A stretch of DNA of 62,025 nucleotides from a bacterium (GCA_009924895.1 RFQR01000008.1:1-62025), one strand, 5' to 3'. Positions 28,861 through 38,375 are shown, numbered from the stretch's first letter. The notes: generated from the sequence alone by a model not told the origin. Numbers and translations: made by a program.

Positions 28861-29244
28861 TTATTGCGGAAGTGCGCAGCCCGATTTATCAGCAAATTCC
28901 TGGAGCGTGTGTTCTCCAACAAGCTCAGAACCATCAGGGAACTTCCATGTCGGATACGATTTAATACCTTTTTCTTTGCAAATAGGAGTCTGATCTTGCG
29001 CATTCTGAGTAGAGCACTCAACGTACGGCAAGAGCGCCGCAGAACGGCTAAACATCGCTTTTGTTTTTTGGCAATGCGCACACCAGAACGCACCATAAAA
29101 TACGACGCCTTTATCTTTCAAGCACTGTGCAAACCCATCAAGTTTATTCGAACCAGTATGGTTGTTGAGATACCACGAAGCGCCCGACCCACCCACTATT
29201 AGAATTAAAAGACTTATCCAAAATGCTGCCATTCCTTTATTCAT
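28861..29244 (-). CDS. Membrane-anchored thioredoxin-like protein
   Basis: FYGAFWCAHC..K..F, YVECS, C..KGIKSYPTW. Confidence 0.85.
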   Translation of the reverse strand: MNKGMAAFWISLLILIVGGSGASWYLNNHTGSNKLDGFAQCLKDKGVVFYGAFWCAHCQKTKAMFSRSAALLPYVECSTQNAQDQTPICKEKGIKSYPTWKFPDGSELVGEHTLQEFADKSGCALPQ

Positions 29245-29270
29245 GGCAGCAGTGTATCATATTCGAATCT

Positions 29271-29786
29271 ATGGTCTACGAAGATTCTGTTCAGCATTTG
29301 AAAGAGCGGAGCAAAGCTGAGAATGCCGCTTTTGTGTTAAAAGTCGTACAGCCTGCGCTGGTGGGACTTATGGATGGATCGGTTTCAACCCTCGCACCTA
29401 TTTTTGCCGCCGCATTTGCAACGGGCAGTACACACGTTGCACTCGTCGTTGGCATTTCTGCTTCAGTTGGTGCTGCTATTTCCATGGCATTCGCCGAGGC
29501 GCTTTCTGATACCGGTGAGGATACCGGACGCGGTCATCCATTTGCGCGCGGTGCAATTGTGGGGTTCGCCACTTTTATCGGCGGCATCTTGCACTCACTT
29601 CCTTTCTTCATCGCCGATCTAAAAGTGGCACTCTATACGGCATACATTGTTGTCGCGCTTGAGCTCTGGATTATTGCATATATTCGACGACACTACTTCC
29701 GCATGAGCTTCTGGCTCTCAGTAGTACAAGTAGTCTTTGGCGGCGGACTGGTGGTCCTCGCCGGGCTTTTAATTGGCAGCGCGTGA
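29271..29786 (+). CDS. VIT1/CCC1-family iron exporter domain (MbfA membrane-domain-like)
   Basis: VQPALVGLMDGSVSTLAP, ISMAFAEALSD.G..TGRGHP. Confidence 0.82.
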   Translation: MVYEDSVQHLKERSKAENAAFVLKVVQPALVGLMDGSVSTLAPIFAAAFATGSTHVALVVGISASVGAAISMAFAEALSDTGEDTGRGHPFARGAIVGFATFIGGILHSLPFFIADLKVALYTAYIVVALELWIIAYIRRHYFRMSFWLSVVQVVFGGGLVVLAGLLIGSA

Positions 29787-30170
29787 TCTACAGCGAACAG
29801 TTGAGCACGCACACACTTCTTTCAAAAACTCGTTGAAGTATTCTTGGTCATAATCAATCGTGAGCTCGACACCGCGCTTAATCGAGCGCGCTGCGCGAAT
29901 AATGATCCGACCCTGTTCAATAGAGGCTTCACAATTCGGATCGCACGAATGATTCACCCATCGCCCCAGGTTACTCTCATCCGAACCATCAATGGTCCAC
30001 GTATCGTCAATTTCAAATAAATAGCGAGAAGACGACGTGTTAGCTTCCGTCGTGGGTATTTTCATTCCCGAATACTCAGCGACAAAATCTCCTGATTTGA
30101 ACGGTACTCCAGAAAAAAGCCCCTTACCCTTTCCTCTCACTTCTCGCACCTCCACGCGGTCTGTCCCCAT
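29769..30170 (-). CDS. SET-domain protein-lysine methyltransferase
   Basis: GKGLF, RWVNHSCDPNC, ELTIDY, post-SET CxC..C. Confidence 0.92.
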   Translation of the reverse strand: MGTDRVEVREVRGKGKGLFSGVPFKSGDFVAEYSGMKIPTTEANTSSSRYLFEIDDTWTIDGSDESNLGRWVNHSCDPNCEASIEQGRIIIRAARSIKRGVELTIDYDQEYFNEFLKEVCACSTVRCRSRAAN

Positions 30171-30221
30171 AGCGGGATGAGTGTACCGCAGCGTCGTGAA
30201 TTTTCAATGCATACTATGGGT

Positions 30222-30428
30222 ATGGAACTCTTCGGCTTTCACCCGCTTACCCTCTTCGAGCTCCTTCTGGTAGGGACAGCAGCGTGCGCATCGGTTGTGA
30301 TCGGCGTCCTTCTTGCCTTTCATTTTGTTCGTTTTTCCTCTTTGAACATGGCAGTCGTGAGCGTCGGGATATATACCGCAGGTACCATCCTCTTACTCGC
30401 GCTCCTTGTAGCGCTTGTTTTCGCATGA
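30222..30428 (+). CDS. Small two-TM membrane protein
   Basis: Hydrophobic ORF; ATGA overlap with the next gene. Confidence 0.65.
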   Translation: MELFGFHPLTLFELLLVGTAACASVVIGVLLAFHFVRFSSLNMAVVSVGIYTAGTILLLALLVALVFA

Positions 30429-31645
30429 ACGATCAAACCGTTGGAAACGAAAAGAACATTATGGTGGTGCGCAAGCACTGGTTTTTCCTTCTTGCACAAA
30501 TTGCACACATTATCGTAATCGGTGTTGTGCCGCTTATTATTTTTGTGCTTGCATTTTTCCTGCCCGAGACCATTCCATTTGCTGCCGCAATCATGCACCT
30601 GGGCGCCACCCTCATCGGGATATGGCTCCTCGTTCTGTGGATGGCAATTGCGATTACCTGGATGGATTATTATCTCGATACGATCACGGTGACATCCGAG
30701 AGAATACATCGTATCGAACAAGAAGGATTTTTTGATCGGCGCACTATCTCGTGGCACTTGAACTCAGTTCTTGATGTGACCGTGCATGTCTCCGGCGTAG
30801 TGGAAACGATTTTAGGGTTTGGGACTGTCACGATTGAAACAGCGGGTGAGGGTACTGGGGATGAATCCTTTAAAGGTATCCCACACCCTCAAGCGGTGCG
30901 CGCAAAAATTCTTGAACAAATACATTTTTTGCACTCTCTTGTTGAAGTAAATAAACGACAAGAAGCCCTCATTCACGCCGTTGGACACGATGTAAAAAGC
31001 CATCTCACCACAAGCCAAGCAACGCTTGCAAGTATTGTTGAGGGCGATTTTGGTGCCGTCCCTGATCGCGTGAAGGCGGTTGCAAAAAAGGCGCTTAAAG
31101 ACGCTCGCAGCGGCGTCTCCTCGGTCACGAACCTTTTGCACTCAGCCGATGGGGCAACCGGTGTCATCTCACTTCATAGTACTTCGGTACCACTCTCTCC
31201 TCTCATCACCGAGGTTGTAAGCGCGCTCCGGCCAGCAGCAGAGAAGAAAAATCTTGCGCTCATTGTTCACGATCTACCATCAATCACAGTGCAAGCTGAT
31301 CCCGAGCGTCTCAAGAATGACGTGGTGCGAAATCTTGTTGACAACGCTATTCGATACACGCCTCAGGGCTCCATCACCGTCTCGCTTGAAGTGCAGCAAG
31401 AACTTGCCGTTCTTTCTATCGCTGATACCGGCGTCGGCATCTCATCAAACGACTTACAGCGTCTCTTTACTGACGGCGGGAAAGGTGAACACTCAAGTGC
31501 AGTAAATCCTGAAAGCACTGGTTTTGGCCTTACTATAGCGCAGCGCACCACCGAAGCACACGGAGGAAAGATTTGGGTTGTCTCAGGAGGAGAAGGAAAA
31601 GGTTCTACTTTTTTTGTCGCACTCCCGCTCTCGGTGGCTTCATGA
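30425..31645 (+). CDS. Bacterial PH-domain membrane protein fused to a histidine kinase
   Basis: VRKHWF, two TM, YYLD..VTSERI..EQEGFF.R, FGTVTIETAG; then GHDVKS, NLVDNAIRY, DTGVGI, GFGL, GKGSTF. Confidence 0.82.
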   Translation: MNDQTVGNEKNIMVVRKHWFFLLAQIAHIIVIGVVPLIIFVLAFFLPETIPFAAAIMHLGATLIGIWLLVLWMAIAITWMDYYLDTITVTSERIHRIEQEGFFDRRTISWHLNSVLDVTVHVSGVVETILGFGTVTIETAGEGTGDESFKGIPHPQAVRAKILEQIHFLHSLVEVNKRQEALIHAVGHDVKSHLTTSQATLASIVEGDFGAVPDRVKAVAKKALKDARSGVSSVTNLLHSADGATGVISLHSTSVPLSPLITEVVSALRPAAEKKNLALIVHDLPSITVQADPERLKNDVVRNLVDNAIRYTPQGSITVSLEVQQELAVLSIADTGVGISSNDLQRLFTDGGKGEHSSAVNPESTGFGLTIAQRTTEAHGGKIWVVSGGEGKGSTFFVALPLSVAS

Positions 31646-31658
31646 TAGGATGTCACGC

Positions 31659-32918
31659 ATGAGTGACAAAAGACTCTCAACCGAAAGTTACAAAGGGGTC
31701 CGTGACTTTTACCCCGAGGATCAGTACATACAGCGGTATCTTTTTGAGCACATGGCAAACACCTGTGAGCTTTTCGGATACGAAGAATACGACGCTTCCA
31801 TCCTCGAACCTGCCGAGCTCTACCGCTCAAAGACATCTGATGAAATAGTGAATGAACAAACCTATACATTTACTGACCGCGGTGATCGTGAAGTGACACT
31901 TCGCCCTGAGATGACCCCGACGGTAGCGCGTATGGTTGCCGGCAAATATCGCGAGCTTGCACTTCCTGTTCGCTGGTACTCAATTCCCAACTGCTTCCGT
32001 TATGAACGGACACAAAAGGGTCGCACTCGCGAATTTTGGCAACTCAACGCTGACATCATCGGGGCAAAAGGCATTGAAGCTGACGCCGAGGTTATTGCAC
32101 TCTCGCACGCACTCATGCTCTCGCTCGGCGCACAGGAAAAGGATTTCCAAATTTGTGTATCAGACCGCCGAATACTCGATTCGATTTGTGAGCAGGCAGA
32201 TGTTTCCTCGGAGCAAAAGTCTCAAGTAATTCGGCTTCTCGACCGCCGTACAAAACTAGATAACTTTGCAGATAAGATGACAGAACTTGTTGGGTCAAAG
32301 GAAAAAGCAGACAAGCTTATCGATCTTATCGACCGCACAACATCTTCTGCATACCTCGAGGAACTCCGCACCAAGCTGGAGAACATGGGCGTCCGCAACA
32401 TGGTTGTCGATACGACGGTCACGCGCGGGTTTGACTACTACACGGGGATGGTGTTTGAAGTCTTTGATACTGACCCAACAAATCGTCGATCAATGTTTGG
32501 CGGGGGTCGCTACGATAACCTCTTGGGACTTTTTGGCGCAGAAGGAGTTCCTGCTGTCGGCTTTGCAATGGGCGATGTCACTGCACGAGACTTCCTCGAG
32601 GCTCACAACCTCCTGCCTCGCTACGCTCCCGCAACCGAGCTCATGCTGTGCGTTGTAGAAGAAGACGCTATGGCACATGCGGAGCGCCTTGCGCAAGATC
32701 TACGCAAAGAAGACGTCGCCGTAGCCATCAACATTTCAGGAAAGCGCATCGGCGACCAGGTACGTCAGGCAGACAAGATGAAAATTCCTTTCGTGATTGC
32801 TGTGGGAACAAAGGAGCGTGACAGCGGCAAATATACTATAAAAAACCTCGCCTCCGGCGATGAAATTACGCTTCCTGCCGACCGCATATCTGAGCACCTC
32901 TTTAGTGCCCTAGGTTGA
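31659..32918 (+). CDS. hisS: Histidine--tRNA ligase
   Basis: KGVRDF, LRPEMTP, FRYERTQKGRTREFWQ, RGFDYYTG, GGGRYD. Confidence 0.96.
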   Translation: MSDKRLSTESYKGVRDFYPEDQYIQRYLFEHMANTCELFGYEEYDASILEPAELYRSKTSDEIVNEQTYTFTDRGDREVTLRPEMTPTVARMVAGKYRELALPVRWYSIPNCFRYERTQKGRTREFWQLNADIIGAKGIEADAEVIALSHALMLSLGAQEKDFQICVSDRRILDSICEQADVSSEQKSQVIRLLDRRTKLDNFADKMTELVGSKEKADKLIDLIDRTTSSAYLEELRTKLENMGVRNMVVDTTVTRGFDYYTGMVFEVFDTDPTNRRSMFGGGRYDNLLGLFGAEGVPAVGFAMGDVTARDFLEAHNLLPRYAPATELMLCVVEEDAMAHAERLAQDLRKEDVAVAINISGKRIGDQVRQADKMKIPFVIAVGTKERDSGKYTIKNLASGDEITLPADRISEHLFSALG

Positions 32919-32942
32919 CTTTTTTTGCAAAAGTAGTATATT
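32915..32942 (+). promoter_or_regulatory. sigma70 promoter
   Basis: TTGACT-N16-TATATT. Confidence 0.6.
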
Positions 32943-32975
32943 AAACAGGTCAACCGCAACAGAGGAGATACAGAA

Positions 32976-33173
32976 ATGTTGCGACAAGCCGTACTCGATG
33001 GGCTGACGGGATTGGGGGCAGCAATGCTCCTGTCCATGCTGTGGTGGTGGCTCCGGGGGATCAGTCTCGCTGACTTCATCCCCTTCACCTTCCTCCACCC
33101 CGCCTCAAAGATCGCAATGGTCTGCGGAGCGGCACTGGGCTGGTACTACCAGCTCAGCCAGTACGTCGCCTGA
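32976..33173 (+). CDS. Small two-TM hypothetical protein
   Basis: SD GAGGAG, own promoter and downstream hairpin. Confidence 0.6.
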   Translation: MLRQAVLDGLTGLGAAMLLSMLWWWLRGISLADFIPFTFLHPASKIAMVCGAALGWYYQLSQYVA

Positions 33174-33180
33174 GGCACGG

Positions 33181-33211
33181 ATCGGCGAGCGTACCCTCAG
33201 CGCTCGCCGAT
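33181..33211 (+). terminator. Hairpin terminator
   Basis: atcggcgagcg..cgctcgccgat, 11-bp stem. Confidence 0.65.
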
Positions 33212-33296
33212 TCAAATTTCTGAAAGTACCTAAAACAATGTCTTACACGGATAAGTCTTGTAAAACCACTTTTTCTTTCTGGTATAATCCTCCCCT

Positions 33297-33875
33297 ATGG
33301 CCGCACGGTATATAGTGTTTGACATTGAGACAGTCGGTTCTTTTTCGGGACCGTTTAATCCACTCGAACTTGAGATGACCATCTGTTGCACCTATGACTC
33401 AAAAACTGGTGCTTATGATTCTTTTTTGAAAGAAGACTTGCCGCGGTTATGGAAACTCTTTGAACACACCGACGTACTTGTCGGCTATAACTCCGATCAT
33501 TTCGATATCCCAATTCTCAACAAGTACTATCCGGGAGATCTTTTGAAAATGAGAAGTCTCGACATTATGAAAGAGGTCCAAAACCTACTTGGCCGTCGCC
33601 TTAAACTCGACTCAATCGCAGAAGCAACGCTCGGTGCGAAAAAAATAGGCAGTGGGTCTCAGGCGCCACAATGGTGGAAAGAGGGAAAAATCGATCTCCT
33701 GCGTGAATACTGCACTAAAGACGTGGAACTTACCAAAAAAGTCTTTGAATACGCGCTCGCGCACAATGCACTCAAATACAAAGACTTGAGTCTCGTCCGA
33801 GAAGTAAGGCTCAATACCACGAGCTGGCTTTCAGAGAAAGCCGCTCCCGCACTTACCCACACCCTCGGTTTTTAA
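33297..33875 (+). CDS. RNase H-fold DEDD 3'-5' exonuclease (YprB-like)
   Basis: FDIET, GYNSDHFD, LKLD, YC..DV. Confidence 0.85.
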   Translation: MAARYIVFDIETVGSFSGPFNPLELEMTICCTYDSKTGAYDSFLKEDLPRLWKLFEHTDVLVGYNSDHFDIPILNKYYPGDLLKMRSLDIMKEVQNLLGRRLKLDSIAEATLGAKKIGSGSQAPQWWKEGKIDLLREYCTKDVELTKKVFEYALAHNALKYKDLSLVREVRLNTTSWLSEKAAPALTHTLGF

Positions 33876-33910
33876 TGGTATACTTCTCTCGTTATTACTT
33901 ATACATCCGT

Positions 33911-34681
33911 ATGGATATACTACAAAAATTTTCTACTCCGATTGCAATTGTGATTGCGGGCGCACTGATTGGCGGCGCTGTCTTGTACAGCAATAAATCC
34001 GCATCCGCTCCTTCCGCGCAAGGACCAAGCTGGGTAAAACAAACGATACGCGGCATTACTGAGACTGATCATGTGTTAGGGTCCAAAAACGCAAAAGTGG
34101 TCCTCATGGAGTACTCAGATACCGAATGTCCTTTTTGTGCTCGGTTCCACGCAACATTGCACCAGATAAAAACTGAGTATGGAGACAAGGTCACGTGGGT
34201 CTATCGACACTTCCCGCTTACCCAACTGCATCCTAAGGCACCCAAAGAAGCCGAGGCACTCGAGTGTGCAAAAGTGCTTGGCGGCGATGATATGTTTTGG
34301 AAATACACTGACCTACTGTACGGAAAAACAAAATCAAATAACTCGCTTGATATTGGCGTCTATAACACACCATCACCGACACCAACTGGTGAAGACGGCA
34401 AACCGTACTACGCCGAAGCAAAACCCCGCTCAGCAACCGATGCTGGAAAACTCTCAGACTTTGCGTTTGAACTCGGCCTCAACCGCGCCTCATTTGAATC
34501 CTGCCTCAAATCAGGAAAAATGGCTGACCGAGTGAACGCCGATGCAAAAGAAATTATCGCACTCGGCGGCTCCGGCACCCCAACGAGCTATCTTCTCGTA
34601 AAAGGCAAGCAATATCTGGTAGAAGGTGCTGTCCCGTACGCACAGTTAAAGAAAATGATTGACGAGGCTCTGCAGAAATAG
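33911..34681 (+). CDS. DsbA/BdbD-like thioredoxin-fold oxidoreductase
   Basis: N-terminal TM, EYSDTECPFC, YRHFPL, GTP, GAVPY. Confidence 0.9.
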   Translation: MDILQKFSTPIAIVIAGALIGGAVLYSNKSASAPSAQGPSWVKQTIRGITETDHVLGSKNAKVVLMEYSDTECPFCARFHATLHQIKTEYGDKVTWVYRHFPLTQLHPKAPKEAEALECAKVLGGDDMFWKYTDLLYGKTKSNNSLDIGVYNTPSPTPTGEDGKPYYAEAKPRSATDAGKLSDFAFELGLNRASFESCLKSGKMADRVNADAKEIIALGGSGTPTSYLLVKGKQYLVEGAVPYAQLKKMIDEALQK

Positions 34682-34848
34682 TGCTCTTATCTCCACTGCA
34701 AAGATATGCGTCCGTAGTGCTATCGTCACACTACAAAGTTCTCAACGTCTACCGCCTGCACGGCCACGTCCGCCAGCTCGACTATGGCGGCAGGTGGAAT
34801 GCCGAGAACCGTCTCTTCCTCCGCAACTCGGTCACTCCGACCCTCTGA
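34681..34848 (+). other. Orphan DGR variable-region-like gene remnant
   Basis: Frame reads KVLNVYRLHGHVRQLDYGGRWNAENRLFLRNS with nearly all codons ending in C/T; long hairpin follows. Confidence 0.45.
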
Positions 34849-34871
34849 CCCTTGGCCCCCATCTTGGGCCT

Positions 34872-34912
34872 GCCCCGCATTTCTGTTTACAGAAATGCGG
34901 GGTGTATTTTTT
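34872..34912 (+). terminator. 14-bp perfect hairpin with T-run (terminator or cruciform)
   Basis: ccccgcatttctgt-tt-acagaaatgcgggg then tgtatttttt. Confidence 0.7.
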
Positions 34913-35118
34913 CACGGCACGCTGGCATCTTCGGCCGACTTCAGGCTTGAGGTGGCGAGGTTCCACTTCTTCAAAAAAGAAGCGAGTTGGTGCCGTGCGC
35001 CAAGGGGCTCAAGGCCCCGCATCAGATACAGCCCGAGGGTAATGGAACTTATCCCCATTACTGCTATAAAATGTAAACTACACAGTTCGGCAAAACATTG
35101 GCTTAGGTTGGTGTTTTG

Positions 35119-36546
35119 CTATACAACAAACGCACTCACCGTATCTGTTCCGCCACGTTCTCCAACACGCATACCAGAGACAAGCACCGCAGTGTCTCCT
35201 TTCTTTGCATACGATTTGCGCACTAAATCAGTCCGAAGAAATTCAATGATCTCGGGAATAGTATCGCGATGAGGCATGGAGAGCGGGTACGCACCATACA
35301 GGAAGGAGGTTTGTCGAAGCGTGCTCTCATTAGAAGAAACTACAACGAGCGGCTGCTGTGTCCGGTATCTACCCACCATGCGAGCAGTAAATCCTGTTTC
35401 AGTTAAAGCAACAACGACTGTTGCTGCGATGTCGATTGCTGTTTTAGCGGCATAGCGCGTGATAGCTTCTATGATAGGGATTTCGGTAAACCCTGCGTAC
35501 GCATCTGATCTGCGCGTGCGTTTGTTGTGATCAACGTGTGTTTCGGTCTCAACTGCAATTTTCGTCATCGTTTCTATTGCTTCAGTTGGAAATGCACCAA
35601 CGGCAGACTCCGCGGAGAGCATGATCGCATCGGTGCCATCAAGTATTGCATTTGCGACGTCAGAAACTTCGGCACGTGTTGGCACCGGAGACTCAATCAT
35701 AGACTCAAGCATCTGCGTTGCGACAACAACTATTTTTCCCTTGGCACGAGCCTTTGCGATCATGGTCTTTTGTAAAAACGGCACACGCTCTGCCCCGACT
35801 TCAACCGCGAGGTCACCGCGCGCAACCATGATGGCATCAGCTTCATCGATAATTTTATCCAACCGCTCAATCGCTGAGGCTGTTTCAATCTTTGCCATGA
35901 TAAGGGCCGTCGAATTCAATTCTGAAAGTAGTATGCGCAAATCACGAATGTCTTTTGCTGACTGTACAAACGACATAGCAAACGCATCGACACCTTGCTT
36001 TACGCAGTACTGTACGTCTTCTCTATCTTTCTCCGTTAATACCGAAAGCGACAGATGAGTGCCCGGGAAATTCACGCCGCGACGCGAACGAATAGTGCCG
36101 CCTGCAAGGACACGGCATTCAATATTATTACCAGATATCTCCTCAACAAGAAAACGCTGCTTGCCGTCATTTATGACTATGTGCGCGCCCGGCTTTACAT
36201 CACGCACGAGCCCTTCGTAACTTACACTCATGCGCTCAGCAGTTCCTACTGTTTGTTCTGTGGTAAGTGTTATTCGCTTCCCTTCCTCAAGGGTGACAGT
36301 CTCAGTTGCGAGATCGCCTGTACGAATCTTTGGTCCTGCAAGGTCCGCGAGTATGGCAACGCGTGTCTTTAGAACAGACTCAACTTCTCGAACGGAATCA
36401 AAATGCCGTTGATGCTCTGCGCCCGAACCATGGGAAAAATTGAATCGAGCGACGTCAAGACCTGCTCGGACAAGCAGAGAGAGTTTTTCCGGTGATTCGG
36501 AGGACGGGCCGATGGTGGCTATGATGCGAGTCCGTTTTGGAATCAT
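35119..36546 (-). CDS. pyk: Pyruvate kinase
   Basis: IATIGPSS, RFNFSHG, DLAGPKIR, AKIET, MVARGDL, ATQMLESM, PTRAEVSDVANA. Confidence 0.97.
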   Translation of the reverse strand: MIPKRTRIIATIGPSSESPEKLSLLVRAGLDVARFNFSHGSGAEHQRHFDSVREVESVLKTRVAILADLAGPKIRTGDLATETVTLEEGKRITLTTEQTVGTAERMSVSYEGLVRDVKPGAHIVINDGKQRFLVEEISGNNIECRVLAGGTIRSRRGVNFPGTHLSLSVLTEKDREDVQYCVKQGVDAFAMSFVQSAKDIRDLRILLSELNSTALIMAKIETASAIERLDKIIDEADAIMVARGDLAVEVGAERVPFLQKTMIAKARAKGKIVVVATQMLESMIESPVPTRAEVSDVANAILDGTDAIMLSAESAVGAFPTEAIETMTKIAVETETHVDHNKRTRRSDAYAGFTEIPIIEAITRYAAKTAIDIAATVVVALTETGFTARMVGRYRTQQPLVVVSSNESTLRQTSFLYGAYPLSMPHRDTIPEIIEFLRTDLVRKSYAKKGDTAVLVSGMRVGERGGTDTVSAFVV

Positions 36547-36551
36547 GGTTT

Positions 36552-36878
36552 CTATTGCTGCGGAATAATGAGTCGGGATTCTTTACATGAATTTCCAAGG
36601 AGTGATTTCCACACCGTAGGACATTGCAGATGAACTACACGTTCTTCCTTTTGAGGACTCACGAGCCGGAAATCACATGACACGTACGTATCATTGTCAG
36701 TGTCTTCACCCTGACAGCTTTGCCCCACAATTGAATATTCCGCATACAATTTTTGAACAAATGACTCACCTTTACGTTCTGCGACACTTGCCCGCACATC
36801 CCTCACAACGATAGAAAAACCTATATATGAGGCGAGTGCCACAGCACAGAAAAGAAACGAAAAAGCGATTGTTTTCAT
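36552..36878 (-). CDS. Membrane-anchored hypothetical protein with four extracytoplasmic Cys
   Basis: N-terminal TM; SCQGEDTDNDTYVSCDF..CP..C; directly upstream of pyk. Confidence 0.7.
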   Translation of the reverse strand: MKTIAFSFLFCAVALASYIGFSIVVRDVRASVAERKGESFVQKLYAEYSIVGQSCQGEDTDNDTYVSCDFRLVSPQKEERVVHLQCPTVWKSLLGNSCKESRLIIPQQ

Positions 36879-36971
36879 GCGTCAATGGTACCACAACTTG
36901 TTTCAGTCATGCAGACATTTGCAGATTACTCCACTCTGTGGCATATAGTATAAAGAAAAAAGGAGGTACTG

Positions 36972-37481
36972 ATGAATATCCTGAGCATCAATGGCATCCT
37001 CATGGACGCTCGAAAAATGAAAATGTGGGATGGGGCACAAACGGCGTTCGGCGAAGTATACCCAGACGCGCGATTTGAAACCTATTTCGACTATTACCAT
37101 ATTCTTGAATCTAAGATCATGCGAAACCTGGTACGCACACTGGTAGAGCGAAACGACACCGGTGACGATGTTCTACTTCTTGGGCACTCGATGGGTGGAG
37201 TCATCGCACACGCAATGGCCACACACTTTGTTAGAAGCCGCGTTCGCGGCATCGTGACAGTGTTTTCTCCTCATACGTACCTATGGGGGCAATTCGGAAA
37301 ACAGTTGGAGGCTCAGCCAATCTCTGACGCAACCCCATTCATAACTTTTGAGGGAACTCTGGATTGGCTTGTACCGTTTGGGACAGCATGGCATCCACAG
37401 ACCTGGAAACATGTGCGACTGGTAACGGACCACCAAGAAGGGCTTATGACCGACCAGCGGTTGTGGAACACCATTGCCTGA
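36972..37481 (+). CDS. Alpha/beta hydrolase, possibly truncated by a few residues
   Basis: AAGGAGG SD; GHSMGG nucleophile elbow, D..VP, DH; frame runs 7 more codons past TGA to TAA. Confidence 0.75.
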   Translation: MNILSINGILMDARKMKMWDGAQTAFGEVYPDARFETYFDYYHILESKIMRNLVRTLVERNDTGDDVLLLGHSMGGVIAHAMATHFVRSRVRGIVTVFSPHTYLWGQFGKQLEAQPISDATPFITFEGTLDWLVPFGTAWHPQTWKHVRLVTDHQEGLMTDQRLWNTIA

Positions 37482-37514
37482 AAGACAAAAGAAATTGTAG
37501 CGTAAAGATGAACA

Positions 37515-37543
37515 TGGGCCCGAGGATACTTCCCTCGGGTCCA
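37515..37543 (+). terminator. Hairpin terminator
   Basis: tgggcccgagg..cctcgggtcca with a nearby T-run. Confidence 0.6.
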
Positions 37544-37624
37544 CACTTTTTGAGTTATGTTGCGGTTAATTCTGGCTCGTGGTTAAATGAGCGCGCATCT
37601 GAGCGCTCTAGAGAAAGGTCCACA

Positions 37625-37887
37625 ATGCGACGTTGTCTACTTCTTTGTTCCATGCTGCCATTCTGTCACGTGGCTTTTGCCGATGCAGAAACAGTGCGGC
37701 GGTAGCGCGTATGCGTAGCGAGTCGAGTATCCATGTTGAAACGCCCGTGAAAATTGGGCAAAGCCTCGAGTTTACCGTTGTGCGTGACGAGGCGCAGAAA
37801 AACACCTGTTACATTGTAACGACGCTTTCGCGACACCGGCTCGACCACGATGCAAAGCTGGGTGTTTTTTGCGTCCGCGATCGCTAG
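37625..37887 (+). pseudogene. Frameshifted small secreted protein
   Basis: ATG 37625 gives a signal peptide ending AFA-DAE; a shift near 37690 is needed to join ..FTVVRDEAQKNTCYIV..FCVRDR. Confidence 0.45.
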
Positions 37888-37890
37888 CGT

Positions 37891-37916
37891 TGAGAGCCCG
37901 CATTCGCGGGCCCTCA
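37891..37916. terminator. Hairpin between convergent cassettes
   Basis: tgagagcccgc-attc-gcgggccctca, one mismatch. Confidence 0.55.
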
Positions 37917-37953
37917 TTCTCTTTGGGTATCCTGTTCACGCCCTAGGAGCGAT

Positions 37954-38375
37954 TCATGTGCGCTCTCGCTCGACTATGACTTTTTGCAGCAATCGCGCAA
38001 GCGAGACGCGCTCGGTATTCGAAAGCGCGTCTAGCAAACGAGACTCAGCAAAATCAGCCGCTGGCTCCGATGAATTCAGCGATTCCTTGCCTTGCTCTGT
38101 TATCACAACCGCGTACGTGCGCGCATCTCTTTTGTCCTGCGTCGCTTGAGAAGCTTACGGTGAGTAAGCCGGCGCACCACGTCAGCAAGAGTTGAGCGAT
38201 CCATGCCCGATTTTTTGACCAGGAACGTTTGACTCATGTCAGGGTACTTTTCTACCAGTTCAAGAATGAGTCGCTGCCGTGTCGTAAGATCCACGTCTGC
38301 GTGTAGACTTTCTGTGAAAAGCCGCTCTGCTCGTTACGTTGCACGTTTCAAGAGCTCGGATACTCATTCTACCAT
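37954..38375 (-). pseudogene. MarR-family regulator with two nonsense codons and a frameshift
   Basis: AAGGAG plus ATG; MVE*VSELLKRAT*RAERLF..LTTRQ..GMDRSTLADVVRRL..RRRTK then shift to DARTYAVVITEQG. Confidence 0.78.

Noticed and set aside
35085-35108. RNase P RNA 3' motif (caaaacattggctta)
   Set aside because: No matching GAGGAAAGTCC 5' motif or other conserved core; the sequence is part of a local hairpin
34784-35272. 162-aa plus-strand ORF
   Set aside because: Runs through hairpins and antisense into pyk; no recognisable motifs
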